32,000 nucleotides of DNA from Candidatus Babelota bacterium (GTDB taxonomy: Bacteria > Babelota > Babeliae > Babelales > Vermiphilaceae). The stretch lies in assembly GCA_039809905.1 (NCBI GenBank), contig JBDHVY010000001.1, positions 300,001-332,000 on the forward strand. Direction: 5' to 3'. Below the pieces are notes generated by a model. That model made no database searches and had not been told where the DNA came from. It saw only the letters and a program-made list of their open reading frames with translations. Shown one piece after another: positions 1 through 7,750 of this stretch. Both the position numbers and the translations under genes were made by a program. The first letter of the stretch is position 1, and each line of letters begins with the position of its first letter.

Positions 1-715
1 TTTTTTTATGAAATCCATATAGCTGCCTAAACCCATTATTATAAAAATAACATGCTCCCCAACATGTTAACCCAACAATAATATTACCTGCTACAATAGA
101 ACAGGGCAGTAAACAATTAGCAGAAGCAAACCACAAAGAACAGATTGTATTGCGAGGTTCATTCCAATCATAACAACACCATAATTGTCTATTATCAAGA
201 ACTAGATCTGAGTCACTGGCAAATTTTAGCATAATACCATAATTATTTTCAGAAATTACTAATCCAGATTTTCTCCCATCATTCAAACAACAAAGGCTTG
301 TTCTATCTTTCTGTATTCGATCTAATATGGAAAATAGTTTTTCACATTCACTATCATTAAGATTCTCAAATTGAGGCCATTCAAAAAATGAAGATCTATT
401 GAGCTTACTCTGTTGAATCGAATGTTTATAAAGTTGTTTTTGATAAAAATATTTCAACGTACTCGAAATGCTTCTTTCTTGAACCATATTTTTAAGTTTT
501 TGATCATTACATTCAAAAACTTCGATCATGATTTTAACCCCAAGCTCTTTAGGCAATGTAATAACCTTACGGGAAAATGATGTATTCCAATCAGCTATGT
601 TAGGATTAGACTTTTCAGACAATATAGTCTTTTTTTTATCCAATCGCACACTTATTTCAGCAGTGTTAATAAGAAAAGAAAAGAAAAATAAAAATATATA
701 CCTACCTATATGCAC
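1..715 (-). CDS. hypothetical exported protein, truncated by the left window edge (signal-peptide-like N-terminus, Cys-rich hydrophobic distal part)
   Basis: The minus-strand frame is open from the in-frame stop at 731-733 down to base 1. It is absent from the ORF track because it runs off the edge. GTG at 715-713 has AAGGAA 7 nt upstream. The predicted N-terminus MHIGRYIFLFFFSFLINTAEI looks like a signal peptide. The ATG at 529-527 is the alternative start. The distal part is Cys/Trp-rich (LWCCYDW...CSLWFASANCLLPC...CWGAC). Confidence 0.55.
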   Translation of the reverse strand, partial: MHIGRYIFLFFFSFLINTAEISVRLDKKKTILSEKSNPNIADWNTSFSRKVITLPKELGVKIMIEVFECNDQKLKNMVQERSISSTLKYFYQKQLYKHSIQQSKLNRSSFFEWPQFENLNDSECEKLFSILDRIQKDRTSLCCLNDGRKSGLVISENNYGIMLKFASDSDLVLDNRQLWCCYDWNEPRNTICSLWFASANCLLPCSIVAGNIIVGLTCWGACYFYNNGFRQLYGFHKK

Positions 716-757
716 GTTATATTTCCTTAGCTAGATTTTATTAAAAAAATCTCTTTA

Positions 758-786
758 ATCATACATTCACCTTTGAAAAACACCAA
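758..786 (-). promoter_or_regulatory. candidate sigma70-type promoter for the 1..715 gene
   Basis: Minus strand reads TTGGTG, a 17-nt spacer, then TATGAT, about 40 nt upstream of the GTG/SD. Motif match by eye only. Confidence 0.3.
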
Positions 787-802
787 ATTTCATGACTAAT
801 AT
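773..802 (+). promoter_or_regulatory. candidate sigma70-type promoter for the cdaA-like operon
   Basis: TTGAAA (773-778), an 18-nt spacer, then TAATAT (797-802). It partly overlaps the divergent minus-strand candidate promoter. AAAGGA SD lies 8 nt before the ATG at 889. Confidence 0.3.
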
Positions 803-888
803 TGCAAAAAAAGCATTAAAAGAGATACATCTTAATTGAAGCAAAATAAAAATTGAACTTAATTCAATATGCCCAAAGGAATTAACAT

Positions 889-1659
889 ATGTTATATGAT
901 TTATTACTTCGTGATATTATCGAAATAACATTGTATTCATCATGCATATTCCTGTTTTGTACATGGCTAAAAACAGATAAAACAAAAAATCTTCTTGGCT
1001 ATTTTTTTGCCTATAGCGCACTCATATTGTGTGCATGGGTCATACAATTGCCCACGCTCACTCCATTTTTATTTTCGTATGCACCAATCGCACTTCTCCT
1101 TTTTATTGTATTGCACGAAAAAACACTGCAACGCAATTTAGTTGCATTACGCTCTATAACACCAGCACAACACATACCACAAGATTGGCTTGATACGCTT
1201 ATTAGTAGTTGTTTGACAACTATCAATGCAAATAAGCATATTACCATTGTGATTGAACACAATGATTCATTAGATCATTTTTTAGACGTACCTTTTATGC
1301 TTAATGCCGATATAAGTAAAAATGTTTTTGATCTTTTACTTTCGAGTGAATCATATGATGAACAAAAAATGATCTGGGTAACAAAAAAAGGACAAATACG
1401 GGGAATTAATGTTTCTTGGATTTCTCATGAAAAAACATTCGATAATACTTTGTTCTATACAATACAAAGTGATGCACTAGTACTGAGCGCACATCCAATT
1501 AATAGAATGTTTATGCTTACCTACAACGGCAAAGAAATAAAAAATATCTCTGCTCATCAGCTGCTTACTATGATCAAAAAACAACTTTCTGTATCTTCGC
1601 CAAAACACAAAGGAGCTTATCGTGAAAGCACTCCGCCTGAAAAACCTCTTTCTCTCTAA
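889..1659 (+). CDS. CdaA-like membrane protein (3 TM helices plus a DisA_N/DAC-like domain) with catalytic motifs apparently replaced
   Basis: 256-aa ORF. The N-terminal three hydrophobic helices and LFIVLHEKTLQRNL match the CdaA TM/linker layout. ITIVIEHNDSLDHFLDVPFMLNADIS aligns by eye with CdaA GALLTIERDTGMGDYIETGIPLNAKVS. The positions of the DGA, RHR and SEE motifs read DEQ, TFD and HPI. Confidence 0.6.
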   Translation: MLYDLLLRDIIEITLYSSCIFLFCTWLKTDKTKNLLGYFFAYSALILCAWVIQLPTLTPFLFSYAPIALLLFIVLHEKTLQRNLVALRSITPAQHIPQDWLDTLISSCLTTINANKHITIVIEHNDSLDHFLDVPFMLNADISKNVFDLLLSSESYDEQKMIWVTKKGQIRGINVSWISHEKTFDNTLFYTIQSDALVLSAHPINRMFMLTYNGKEIKNISAHQLLTMIKKQLSVSSPKHKGAYRESTPPEKPLSL

Positions 1660-2014
1660 TGCACCTCTTGCAATCATCAGTATTTTATTGGGATATAGTT
1701 TTTGGTATATTGCAAGTTATAATCACATAGTAAGTCTACGGATTAATATTCCTCTCTGCTTTTCTGAACCAACAAACTCATATACAGTACACGCTCCCGA
1801 AAAAATAGCTGTTACCTTAATGGGAAAACGTTCTGATTTGTATTCATTAGAGCGAGAATCACTTGCAGCGCACATTAATATAAACAAGCTTTTACCAGGA
1901 AAGCATGGTATAATCCTGACTGAACAACATTTATTTTTGCCAAAAAACATTGCATTAATCAATTATAAACCTACAAACTTATGTATCGTTATTTCTGAAA
2001 ATAAAAAATCTTAG
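1622..2014 (+). CDS. YbbR-domain protein (short CdaR-like, single TM plus one YbbR repeat)
   Basis: GTG start with AAAGGAG 6 nt upstream; overlaps the upstream gene by 38 nt. N-terminal TM (APLAIISILLGYSFWYIA) followed by a beta-rich repeat pattern (VSLRINIPL...VHAPEKIAVTLMGKRSDL...AAHININKLLPGKHGI) typical of YbbR domains. Confidence 0.6.
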   Translation: MKALRLKNLFLSNAPLAIISILLGYSFWYIASYNHIVSLRINIPLCFSEPTNSYTVHAPEKIAVTLMGKRSDLYSLERESLAAHININKLLPGKHGIILTEQHLFLPKNIALINYKPTNLCIVISENKKS

Positions 2015-2019
2015 GACCC

Positions 2020-2652
2020 ATGATGTCTCATAAAAAAAATAGAATTCTCGGATTCATTGATTCGGTATGTTCATTGTTTTTAACAGGGTTGCTTACCTTA
2101 CTGCCAATTACGCTAACTATTGCAGTATTTACTATAACATTTCGCTTGTTATTAAGCTGGCTTGAACCATTAAAACGATTTGGATTACCATTTATTGGCA
2201 TTATCCCCTATTCAGAAGTAATTCTTGCAGTAGCAATTATTTTTATTGCAGGAGCATTATACAATATGTTCTTGCTACGCCCCATTATTCACGGTATAGA
2301 AACACTTTTTCAAAAAATACCACTTATCCGCCCTGTTTACTCAGGAATAAAAAAATTAGTTCACGCATTTAGTTTTCAAGACAAAGTATCATTCAATAAA
2401 GTGGTACGCGTAGAATTTCCTAAAGCTGGTATTTATAGTATCGGATTTCTTGCAAATCAAGTAGATGAAAAAATAGCTCCCGATACTAAAAAAAAATATT
2501 TTAGCATCTTCATTCCTACTACACCAAATCCAACAAGCGGCTTTCTTATCTTAGTACCAGAAGATGACATCACTATTATTGATATATCCAGACAAGACGC
2601 TATGGCAATGATTATATCAGGTGGCATTATTCAACCAGATACCATTGAATAA
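2020..2652 (+). CDS. DUF502 family membrane protein
   Basis: 210 aa with two N-terminal TM helices and the hallmark C-terminal block IPTTPNPTSGFLILVPEDDITIIDISRQDAMAMIISGG. Starts 6 nt after the YbbR gene. Confidence 0.8.
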   Translation: MMSHKKNRILGFIDSVCSLFLTGLLTLLPITLTIAVFTITFRLLLSWLEPLKRFGLPFIGIIPYSEVILAVAIIFIAGALYNMFLLRPIIHGIETLFQKIPLIRPVYSGIKKLVHAFSFQDKVSFNKVVRVEFPKAGIYSIGFLANQVDEKIAPDTKKKYFSIFIPTTPNPTSGFLILVPEDDITIIDISRQDAMAMIISGGIIQPDTIE

Positions 2653-2738
2653 TATTGTTGCACTTTATTTTTTCATATTATATACATCTTATATCGATAT
2701 GTATCTGCAACAGTACCCATAAAAATAGGTTATCTAAT

Positions 2739-3593
2739 ATGAAAAAATACCTTTTTCTCAGTTTATTCGTATTTTTATTTTTCCCATTCACAAAACAAAT
2801 ACATGCCCAAGAATGGAATGCTACAGACTATGCTCAAGGAAATAGTCTGCAATATCAATCGGCTCTTTATTTTTTAGAACACAATAATATACACATTGCT
2901 GGTAAAAAAATTCTTGATGTAGCATGTGGAACCGGCGAAATATCTCACTTTCTTGCTCAAAATGCTCAATCTGTACATGGATTTGATGCAAGCAAAAATA
3001 TGGTAAAATGGGCTCAACAACATTATGAATATAATTCAAATAACCTATCGTTTGAACAATCTTATGTTGAAGAATTTTCTACAACCGAAAAATATGATCT
3101 TGCCACCATGTTTTTTTGCTTTCATTGGTTTACCGATAAGCAAAAAGCTTTTGACTGTATTGCAGCATGTTTAAATGAAGGCGGAGAACTTTTTGGCACA
3201 TTTTCAACAAGCGATACTCCTCAAAATCCGGGACTCGCAATTATCAAAAGCATAATGGAAGAATGGAATATACAAGAAAATTTGAATCAAGCTTTAGCAA
3301 GATCAATACTTACTACACAGGAATTACAAGAAATGCTCACCAAAGCACAATTTGATATATTAATATGCTCTATTCAAAAAAGTGATATCGTTTTTCCTGA
3401 TCGTATAGATATTGAAAATCTTGCTAGGCCAATCCTGATGAGCCGTCCATTTATTAAAAAAATGACGCTTGAAGATCAAGAAAAATTTTTACAAGAATAT
3501 GTTAATAGAATGATTATGGTATTGAAAAAAAACAATGCTGGAGAATTCACTCATACACTTCATACAACTATTGTGCATGCCCGTAAGAAATAA
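2739..3593 (+). CDS. class I SAM-dependent methyltransferase (Tam/Methyltransf_11/12-like) with N-terminal signal-peptide-like segment
   Basis: Intact motif I ILDVACGTGE (2910-2939), acidic end of beta-2 (VHGFDAS) and post-I/motif II region (KYDLATMFFCFHWF...LNEGGELF). Start moved to the ATG at 2739 (MKKYLFLSLFVFLFFPFTKQIHAQE). The track start at 2655 would abut the previous gene with an implausible leader. Confidence 0.8.
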   Translation: MKKYLFLSLFVFLFFPFTKQIHAQEWNATDYAQGNSLQYQSALYFLEHNNIHIAGKKILDVACGTGEISHFLAQNAQSVHGFDASKNMVKWAQQHYEYNSNNLSFEQSYVEEFSTTEKYDLATMFFCFHWFTDKQKAFDCIAACLNEGGELFGTFSTSDTPQNPGLAIIKSIMEEWNIQENLNQALARSILTTQELQEMLTKAQFDILICSIQKSDIVFPDRIDIENLARPILMSRPFIKKMTLEDQEKFLQEYVNRMIMVLKKNNAGEFTHTLHTTIVHARKK

Positions 3594-3636
3594 CTATAGT
3601 TATGGAAATGATTTATATATTAAAACGGAAAAATGT

Positions 3637-4560
3637 ATGAAAAGCTATATTTCCCTTTGTTTCTTGCTGTCTATAACCTTAAATAGTATGGATGCACCAA
3701 AACCCTTAGAATGCAAACCATTAACCATGGATCAATGGGAATTCTTTTCAGAAACTAATGATCTTGATAGAATGGGCCCAGCTATACCGTTTTGGGATAA
3801 CAAAAAAGATCTGCCAATAGAAAGCATTGCTCATTTGCATATATTAGAACATAGCAATCTTAGTGAAAAAAAATCGATTTTCAATACAGAATATGGCAAA
3901 AGAGATATTTCTTATTTTCTCGCAACAAAAGCAGATCATGTTGTTGTCAATGCTCGAGATATGGAGGAAACGATAGACACGATTACAAAATTTAAGCATC
4001 CCAATCTTACCTTTTCTCCCTTTTTTCATATCTATAAATACGATTTAATTGTTTCTTGCCATCCTATAGCAGAAAAACAATTACTTGCACAACTAACATC
4101 TCTTCTTAACCCTCGTGGAGAAATATTTTGTTTATTTAATACACAATCTAATAAAAAACCAGTCTTGCTTCAGGCTTTTGAAAATATGGATGCTGTATTA
4201 AAAGAACGTTTTCCTTTGATACAATATAATCTTTTCTGCTCTACGGCAAAAGAAGTCTTTCCGAGGCCTACTGATAATTTACTAAAAGGAATGATAGCTG
4301 AATTAAATTTAGAAACACTAAAATACGCACCAAAAACTTTTGACGTACTCATCATGAAAAAGCAACATAAAAAATTTCTAGCTACTTGTAAAGCTTCTTT
4401 TGTGGCATTGCTGACGATCAAGCTCCATGCAGACATAAAAAAAGTAAAGAAATCTGCTAATGAGTTTATAGAAAATATCGTAAAAATAATCAAAAAGGAT
4501 GATTCAGGAAATTGGATTTATCCCTTTGATTTTACGGTTGTACATGTCAAACAAAAGTGA
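3637..4560 (+). CDS. paralogue of the upstream methyltransferase with degenerate SAM-binding motif; signal-peptide-like N-terminus
   Basis: Start at ATG 3637 (MKSYISLCFLLSITLNSMDA); the track start at 3535 overlaps the previous gene. Collinear with the upstream gene at three places:
- LEHSNLSEKKSIFNTEYGKRDISYFLA vs LEHNNIHIAGKKILDVACGTGEISHFLA
- KYDLIV...LNPRGEIFCLF vs KYDLAT...LNEGGELFGTF
- shared C-terminus ...YPFDFTVVHVKQK vs ...HTLHTTIVHARKK. Confidence 0.65.
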   Translation: MKSYISLCFLLSITLNSMDAPKPLECKPLTMDQWEFFSETNDLDRMGPAIPFWDNKKDLPIESIAHLHILEHSNLSEKKSIFNTEYGKRDISYFLATKADHVVVNARDMEETIDTITKFKHPNLTFSPFFHIYKYDLIVSCHPIAEKQLLAQLTSLLNPRGEIFCLFNTQSNKKPVLLQAFENMDAVLKERFPLIQYNLFCSTAKEVFPRPTDNLLKGMIAELNLETLKYAPKTFDVLIMKKQHKKFLATCKASFVALLTIKLHADIKKVKKSANEFIENIVKIIKKDDSGNWIYPFDFTVVHVKQK

Positions 4561-4596
4561 TATCGGCAGATAATAAAGATTGGGGCTATACGTCAT

Positions 4597-5421
4597 ATGA
4601 ATAACTATATCATCATTACCGCAAGTCTATTTTTTCCTATTCATGCAATGGATAACCCCAATATAAAAACAGTCAAACATTACAAAAAAGAAATCATAGG
4701 CCAACCACAACAAATAGCATGCGTGTGGGATTTTTATTCTTATAACCACAAAAACAGTGTAGAAACTGTTGCTTTGCAGTACCTGCTTGAAAATAATCAA
4801 TTGAAAACAAAAAGCTTAAGCTTACGTTCTTCCTACCACCGTTCCAATCTGTACGATGCTTTAGTATCATTACCTGCTCTGATCGACGATAAAAGTAAAT
4901 TACCGCTACAAAAAGGAGATTTGCTTAATCCAGACAAAACTTTTTTTTGTACATTCCTTACTCAATCAAATAGTCAATCACCATTTTTAACAGCATATGT
5001 TGAAACATTTTTACCCGCTTTAAAAAAATATTTAACATTTATGCATTCTTGGCAAAAATCATATATAAAGGAGCTTATTAAAGATATACGTAACAGAAAG
5101 TATATGACTGATGATGAAATGAAAACTTATATTAAAACATTCGGATTTAAAATTATTTCGTATGAACGAAAAGTTTGTCCGGTTATTATAAAAAACAAAG
5201 AAAATTTTATACAATTTCATGCAGATCTCATGACATCTGGTATGATAAATTTTATGGGCATATACATTTCTCGTAAAAAATTACACAAAGCTTGCACTCG
5301 GTTTATCGACCATATAATAAAACAATTAAACACAAACGATGCGCAAGAATTAATGTATCCCTTTGATACGACTGTTGCAATTTTACGTAAGCCAAAAATA
5401 AAAGTCATAACATATGACTAA
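4597..5421 (+). CDS. third, more diverged paralogue of the methyltransferase-fold family (motif I region lost)
   Basis: 274 aa with a hydrophobic N-terminus (YIIITASLFFPIHA). Retains family blocks LQYLLENNQL, LLNPDKTFFCTFLTQSNSQSPFL (vs LLNPRGEIFCLFNTQSNKKPVLL) and the C-terminal MYPFDTTVAILRK. Confidence 0.55.
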   Translation: MNNYIIITASLFFPIHAMDNPNIKTVKHYKKEIIGQPQQIACVWDFYSYNHKNSVETVALQYLLENNQLKTKSLSLRSSYHRSNLYDALVSLPALIDDKSKLPLQKGDLLNPDKTFFCTFLTQSNSQSPFLTAYVETFLPALKKYLTFMHSWQKSYIKELIKDIRNRKYMTDDEMKTYIKTFGFKIISYERKVCPVIIKNKENFIQFHADLMTSGMINFMGIYISRKKLHKACTRFIDHIIKQLNTNDAQELMYPFDTTVAILRKPKIKVITYD

Positions 5422-5438
5422 AAAGATAATAACCACTT

Positions 5439-5867
5439 ATGAAAAACGATTTATTTATTAAAAACGGAATCACCATTCCAGAACATGAATTAGAAATAAC
5501 CGCCAGCCGCTCAGGGGGTGCTGGCGGTCAACATGTTAATAAAACTGATACTAAAATTACCATACGATTCAATATTAAAAATTCGAGCGCATTTACTGAA
5601 GAGCAAAAACAGCTTATCTTAGAAAAATTATCATCACGCATCACTGAAGATGGTGATCTGATAATTCACAATAGTGAATCACGCAGCCAAGCGCAAAACA
5701 AAAAAAATGCCTTGAATAATTTGGCAGCAACCATACGCAATGCGCTACATGTACAAAAAAAACGAATTGCTACCAAAGTACCCAAAGCATTAAAAGAAGC
5801 GCGATTAAAAAGTAAAGCTCATCGCAGCAGCATTAAACAAATGCGTAGCAAAAAAATATTTGAATGA
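5439..5867 (+). CDS. arfB: alternative ribosome-rescue factor ArfB (peptidyl-tRNA hydrolase, YaeJ family)
   Basis: 142 aa with ELEITASRSGGAGGQHVNKTDTKITIRF containing the GGQ motif, and a basic C-terminal tail (KKRIATKVPKALKEARLKSKAHRSSIKQMRSKK). Confidence 0.9.
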   Translation: MKNDLFIKNGITIPEHELEITASRSGGAGGQHVNKTDTKITIRFNIKNSSAFTEEQKQLILEKLSSRITEDGDLIIHNSESRSQAQNKKNALNNLAATIRNALHVQKKRIATKVPKALKEARLKSKAHRSSIKQMRSKKIFE

Positions 5868-5878
5868 TAAACAAAGAT

Positions 5879-6847
5879 CTAGATAAACTTACTTTCGAAA
5901 AACTGACTATAAAAATGCTCTAATCCTAATTCAGAATTACCATTTTTTAGTCTAAAGTCTAAGCTTGTTAAAAATTGATGAGCATTGCATAATTCTGCCG
6001 AATCATATCGAGACCAATCTCGATTAATAAATGAAAATGGTAGTTTATACTGTACTTTTTTGGCATCAGCATATCTTTTTTGTTTCATTAAATCAGCATA
6101 GATATATGCACGCCATATTTGATCTGCCCAAAAACTCGCCCAAAATGTCGGCTGATACTGTTCAGAGATAGGTGCCCATTGTCTAAAAAATGATTTTGAA
6201 TTTTTACTAAAAAAATGTTGGCTTAAAACAAATAATGAACTTGTCGGATCTATAATACGTGTTATCCAATGAGTCAAAAAATCATCACTATTTTTACCTA
6301 AAACAAGCTCATAATGAGCAAAAAGACACAATAAATCTAATGATAGATAATCAGCATACATGCTAATTTGCGCAGCAAAATTACTTTTGTGTTGCAACTG
6401 TTCACTCACCAGAAAACGAATTTTTGAAAAATCTTGTGGCACAATATCTTGAGGTAATGCAATACAATTTAATCCATCAATGTTTTTTTGAACTGATATT
6501 ATCAAGTCATTGGGAACTTTATCACAAAAAAACAATATCCGATGAGGTCCTTGGTAGGTAGATAAATACTGAAATAGTTCCTGTTGCTTTTTATCTGATA
6601 ACTGATGAAAATCTGCCAACCAATAAGTATTTTGCCCGGCAAAGCTCATGGTTGAAATAACTGCTTTTAGTGCTGCAATATCAGCAATACATGAGATTGA
6701 TTCAATATTCAGATTGTTTTTCTTAAAAAACCCAATGACATGATGAAAAAAAAGTAATGCATATGTGGGAGCAGAAAAACAAAAAACTTTCCCTTCAGGC
6801 AAAGTTTTTGTTTGTTTAATATGTTCAAGAAATAGTGATAATTGCAT
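5879..6847 (-). CDS. hypothetical protein, possibly DNA polymerase III delta subunit (HolA-like)
   Basis: 322 aa, starting 3 nt after the rph stop. Size and loose pattern (FAGQNTYWLADF...SDKKQQELFQYLSTYQGPHRILFFCDK) resemble the HolA N-terminal domains. There is no Walker motif. Weak by-eye similarity only. Confidence 0.35.
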   Translation of the reverse strand: MQLSLFLEHIKQTKTLPEGKVFCFSAPTYALLFFHHVIGFFKKNNLNIESISCIADIAALKAVISTMSFAGQNTYWLADFHQLSDKKQQELFQYLSTYQGPHRILFFCDKVPNDLIISVQKNIDGLNCIALPQDIVPQDFSKIRFLVSEQLQHKSNFAAQISMYADYLSLDLLCLFAHYELVLGKNSDDFLTHWITRIIDPTSSLFVLSQHFFSKNSKSFFRQWAPISEQYQPTFWASFWADQIWRAYIYADLMKQKRYADAKKVQYKLPFSFINRDWSRYDSAELCNAHQFLTSLDFRLKNGNSELGLEHFYSQFFESKFI

Positions 6848-6850
6848 AAT

Positions 6851-7675
6851 TTACTGCGATGATTGTAGGCGATTTTTTAAACTAAATAAAGGAGTTCGCT
6901 CCGTTTGCTGGTGATCAGCTTTTTCAGATGCGATGGCATGCTCTTTTTTGTTATCTCCACATAACCTAAATAATTGTTCTGTACCACCACACGCCATAGT
7001 ACGAACTTTTTCAAATGTATCCCATGAGAGTGGTAAACTTTCTGCACCACCCTGCATTTCAACGATTTTATTGCTCTGTGTAATAACAAAATTAAAATCA
7101 GCTGTTGCTGCATTATCTTCACTGCAATTCAAATCAAGAAAAACATTATCTTCCACAACGCCAACAGAAATTGCAGCGATATGTTCAATAATAATAGGTT
7201 TATTAATGATACGCATTGCAAGCCATTTTTCTTGTGCCTGTTTTAGTGCCATAAATGCACCGGTAATTGCAGCAGTACGTGTTCCACCATCAGCTTGCAA
7301 AACATCACAATCTATCGTAATCGTACGTTCGCCAATTTCAGATAAATCAACAGCCGAACGAAAACATCTGCCAATAAAACGAGCAATTTCTACTGCTCTG
7401 CCATCTTTTTTGTTGGAGGTACTTTCACGTTGCGTACGGGTTACCGTGGATGTTGGAAGCAATGCATATTCTGCGGTTAGCCAACCCGCTCCTTTTCCAC
7501 GTAAAAATTGTGGAACTCCTGGTTGCATTGAAACAGCACACAATACTTTTGTTTTTCCCATTTCAAACAAAACAGAGCCTGCGGCATATTCATAAATATT
7601 ACGAGAAAAAGACACCGGTCGTATCTGATCCGGTGTCCGTCCATCATTTCTTACTATTTTTTTAGAATCTATCAT
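6851..7675 (-). CDS. rph: ribonuclease PH
   Basis: RNDGRTPDQIRPV..., GWLTAEYALLPTSTVTRTQRE, GRAVEIARFIGRCFR and DCDVLQADGGTRTAAITGAFMAL are diagnostic RNase PH blocks. A C-terminal extension of about 30 aa is present relative to the roughly 240-aa canonical length. Confidence 0.95.
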   Translation of the reverse strand: MIDSKKIVRNDGRTPDQIRPVSFSRNIYEYAAGSVLFEMGKTKVLCAVSMQPGVPQFLRGKGAGWLTAEYALLPTSTVTRTQRESTSNKKDGRAVEIARFIGRCFRSAVDLSEIGERTITIDCDVLQADGGTRTAAITGAFMALKQAQEKWLAMRIINKPIIIEHIAAISVGVVEDNVFLDLNCSEDNAATADFNFVITQSNKIVEMQGGAESLPLSWDTFEKVRTMACGGTEQLFRLCGDNKKEHAIASEKADHQQTERTPLFSLKNRLQSSQ

Positions 7676-7750
7676 GGTTGTTTTTCAAGCCCAGCCTTCA
7701 TTGCATTCCGACCAGGCACTCATTTTAAAAAATATTGAATTACGTTTTAA

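Noticed and set aside
528-734. 68-aa plus-strand ORF from the track
   Set aside because: It lies entirely antisense to the longer minus-strand ORF (1..715), which has a proper SD and a signal peptide. Its product is low-complexity with no SD.
2655-2738. N-terminal extension of the methyltransferase ORF; likewise 3535..3636 for the second paralogue
   Set aside because: The extensions abut or overlap the preceding genes and encode implausible leaders. Internal ATGs give clean MKK.../MKS... signal-peptide starts.
6933-7595. 220-aa plus-strand ORF inside rph, and similar antisense ORFs inside pnp, rpoB, rpoC, murA and the 699-aa gene (e.g. 16082..16453, 27206..27631, 29009..29344)
   Set aside because: All lie fully within confidently identified genes on the opposite strand and have no recognisable motifs or SDs. 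They are typical shadow ORFs.
7690-7719. Possible fourth copy of the GC-rich repeat (CCAGCCTTCATTGCATTCCGACCAGGCAC) in the pnp-rph spacer
   Set aside because: Only the first 9-10 nt match convincingly and the rest needs gaps. It is mentioned under the family finding but is too weak to call as a feature.
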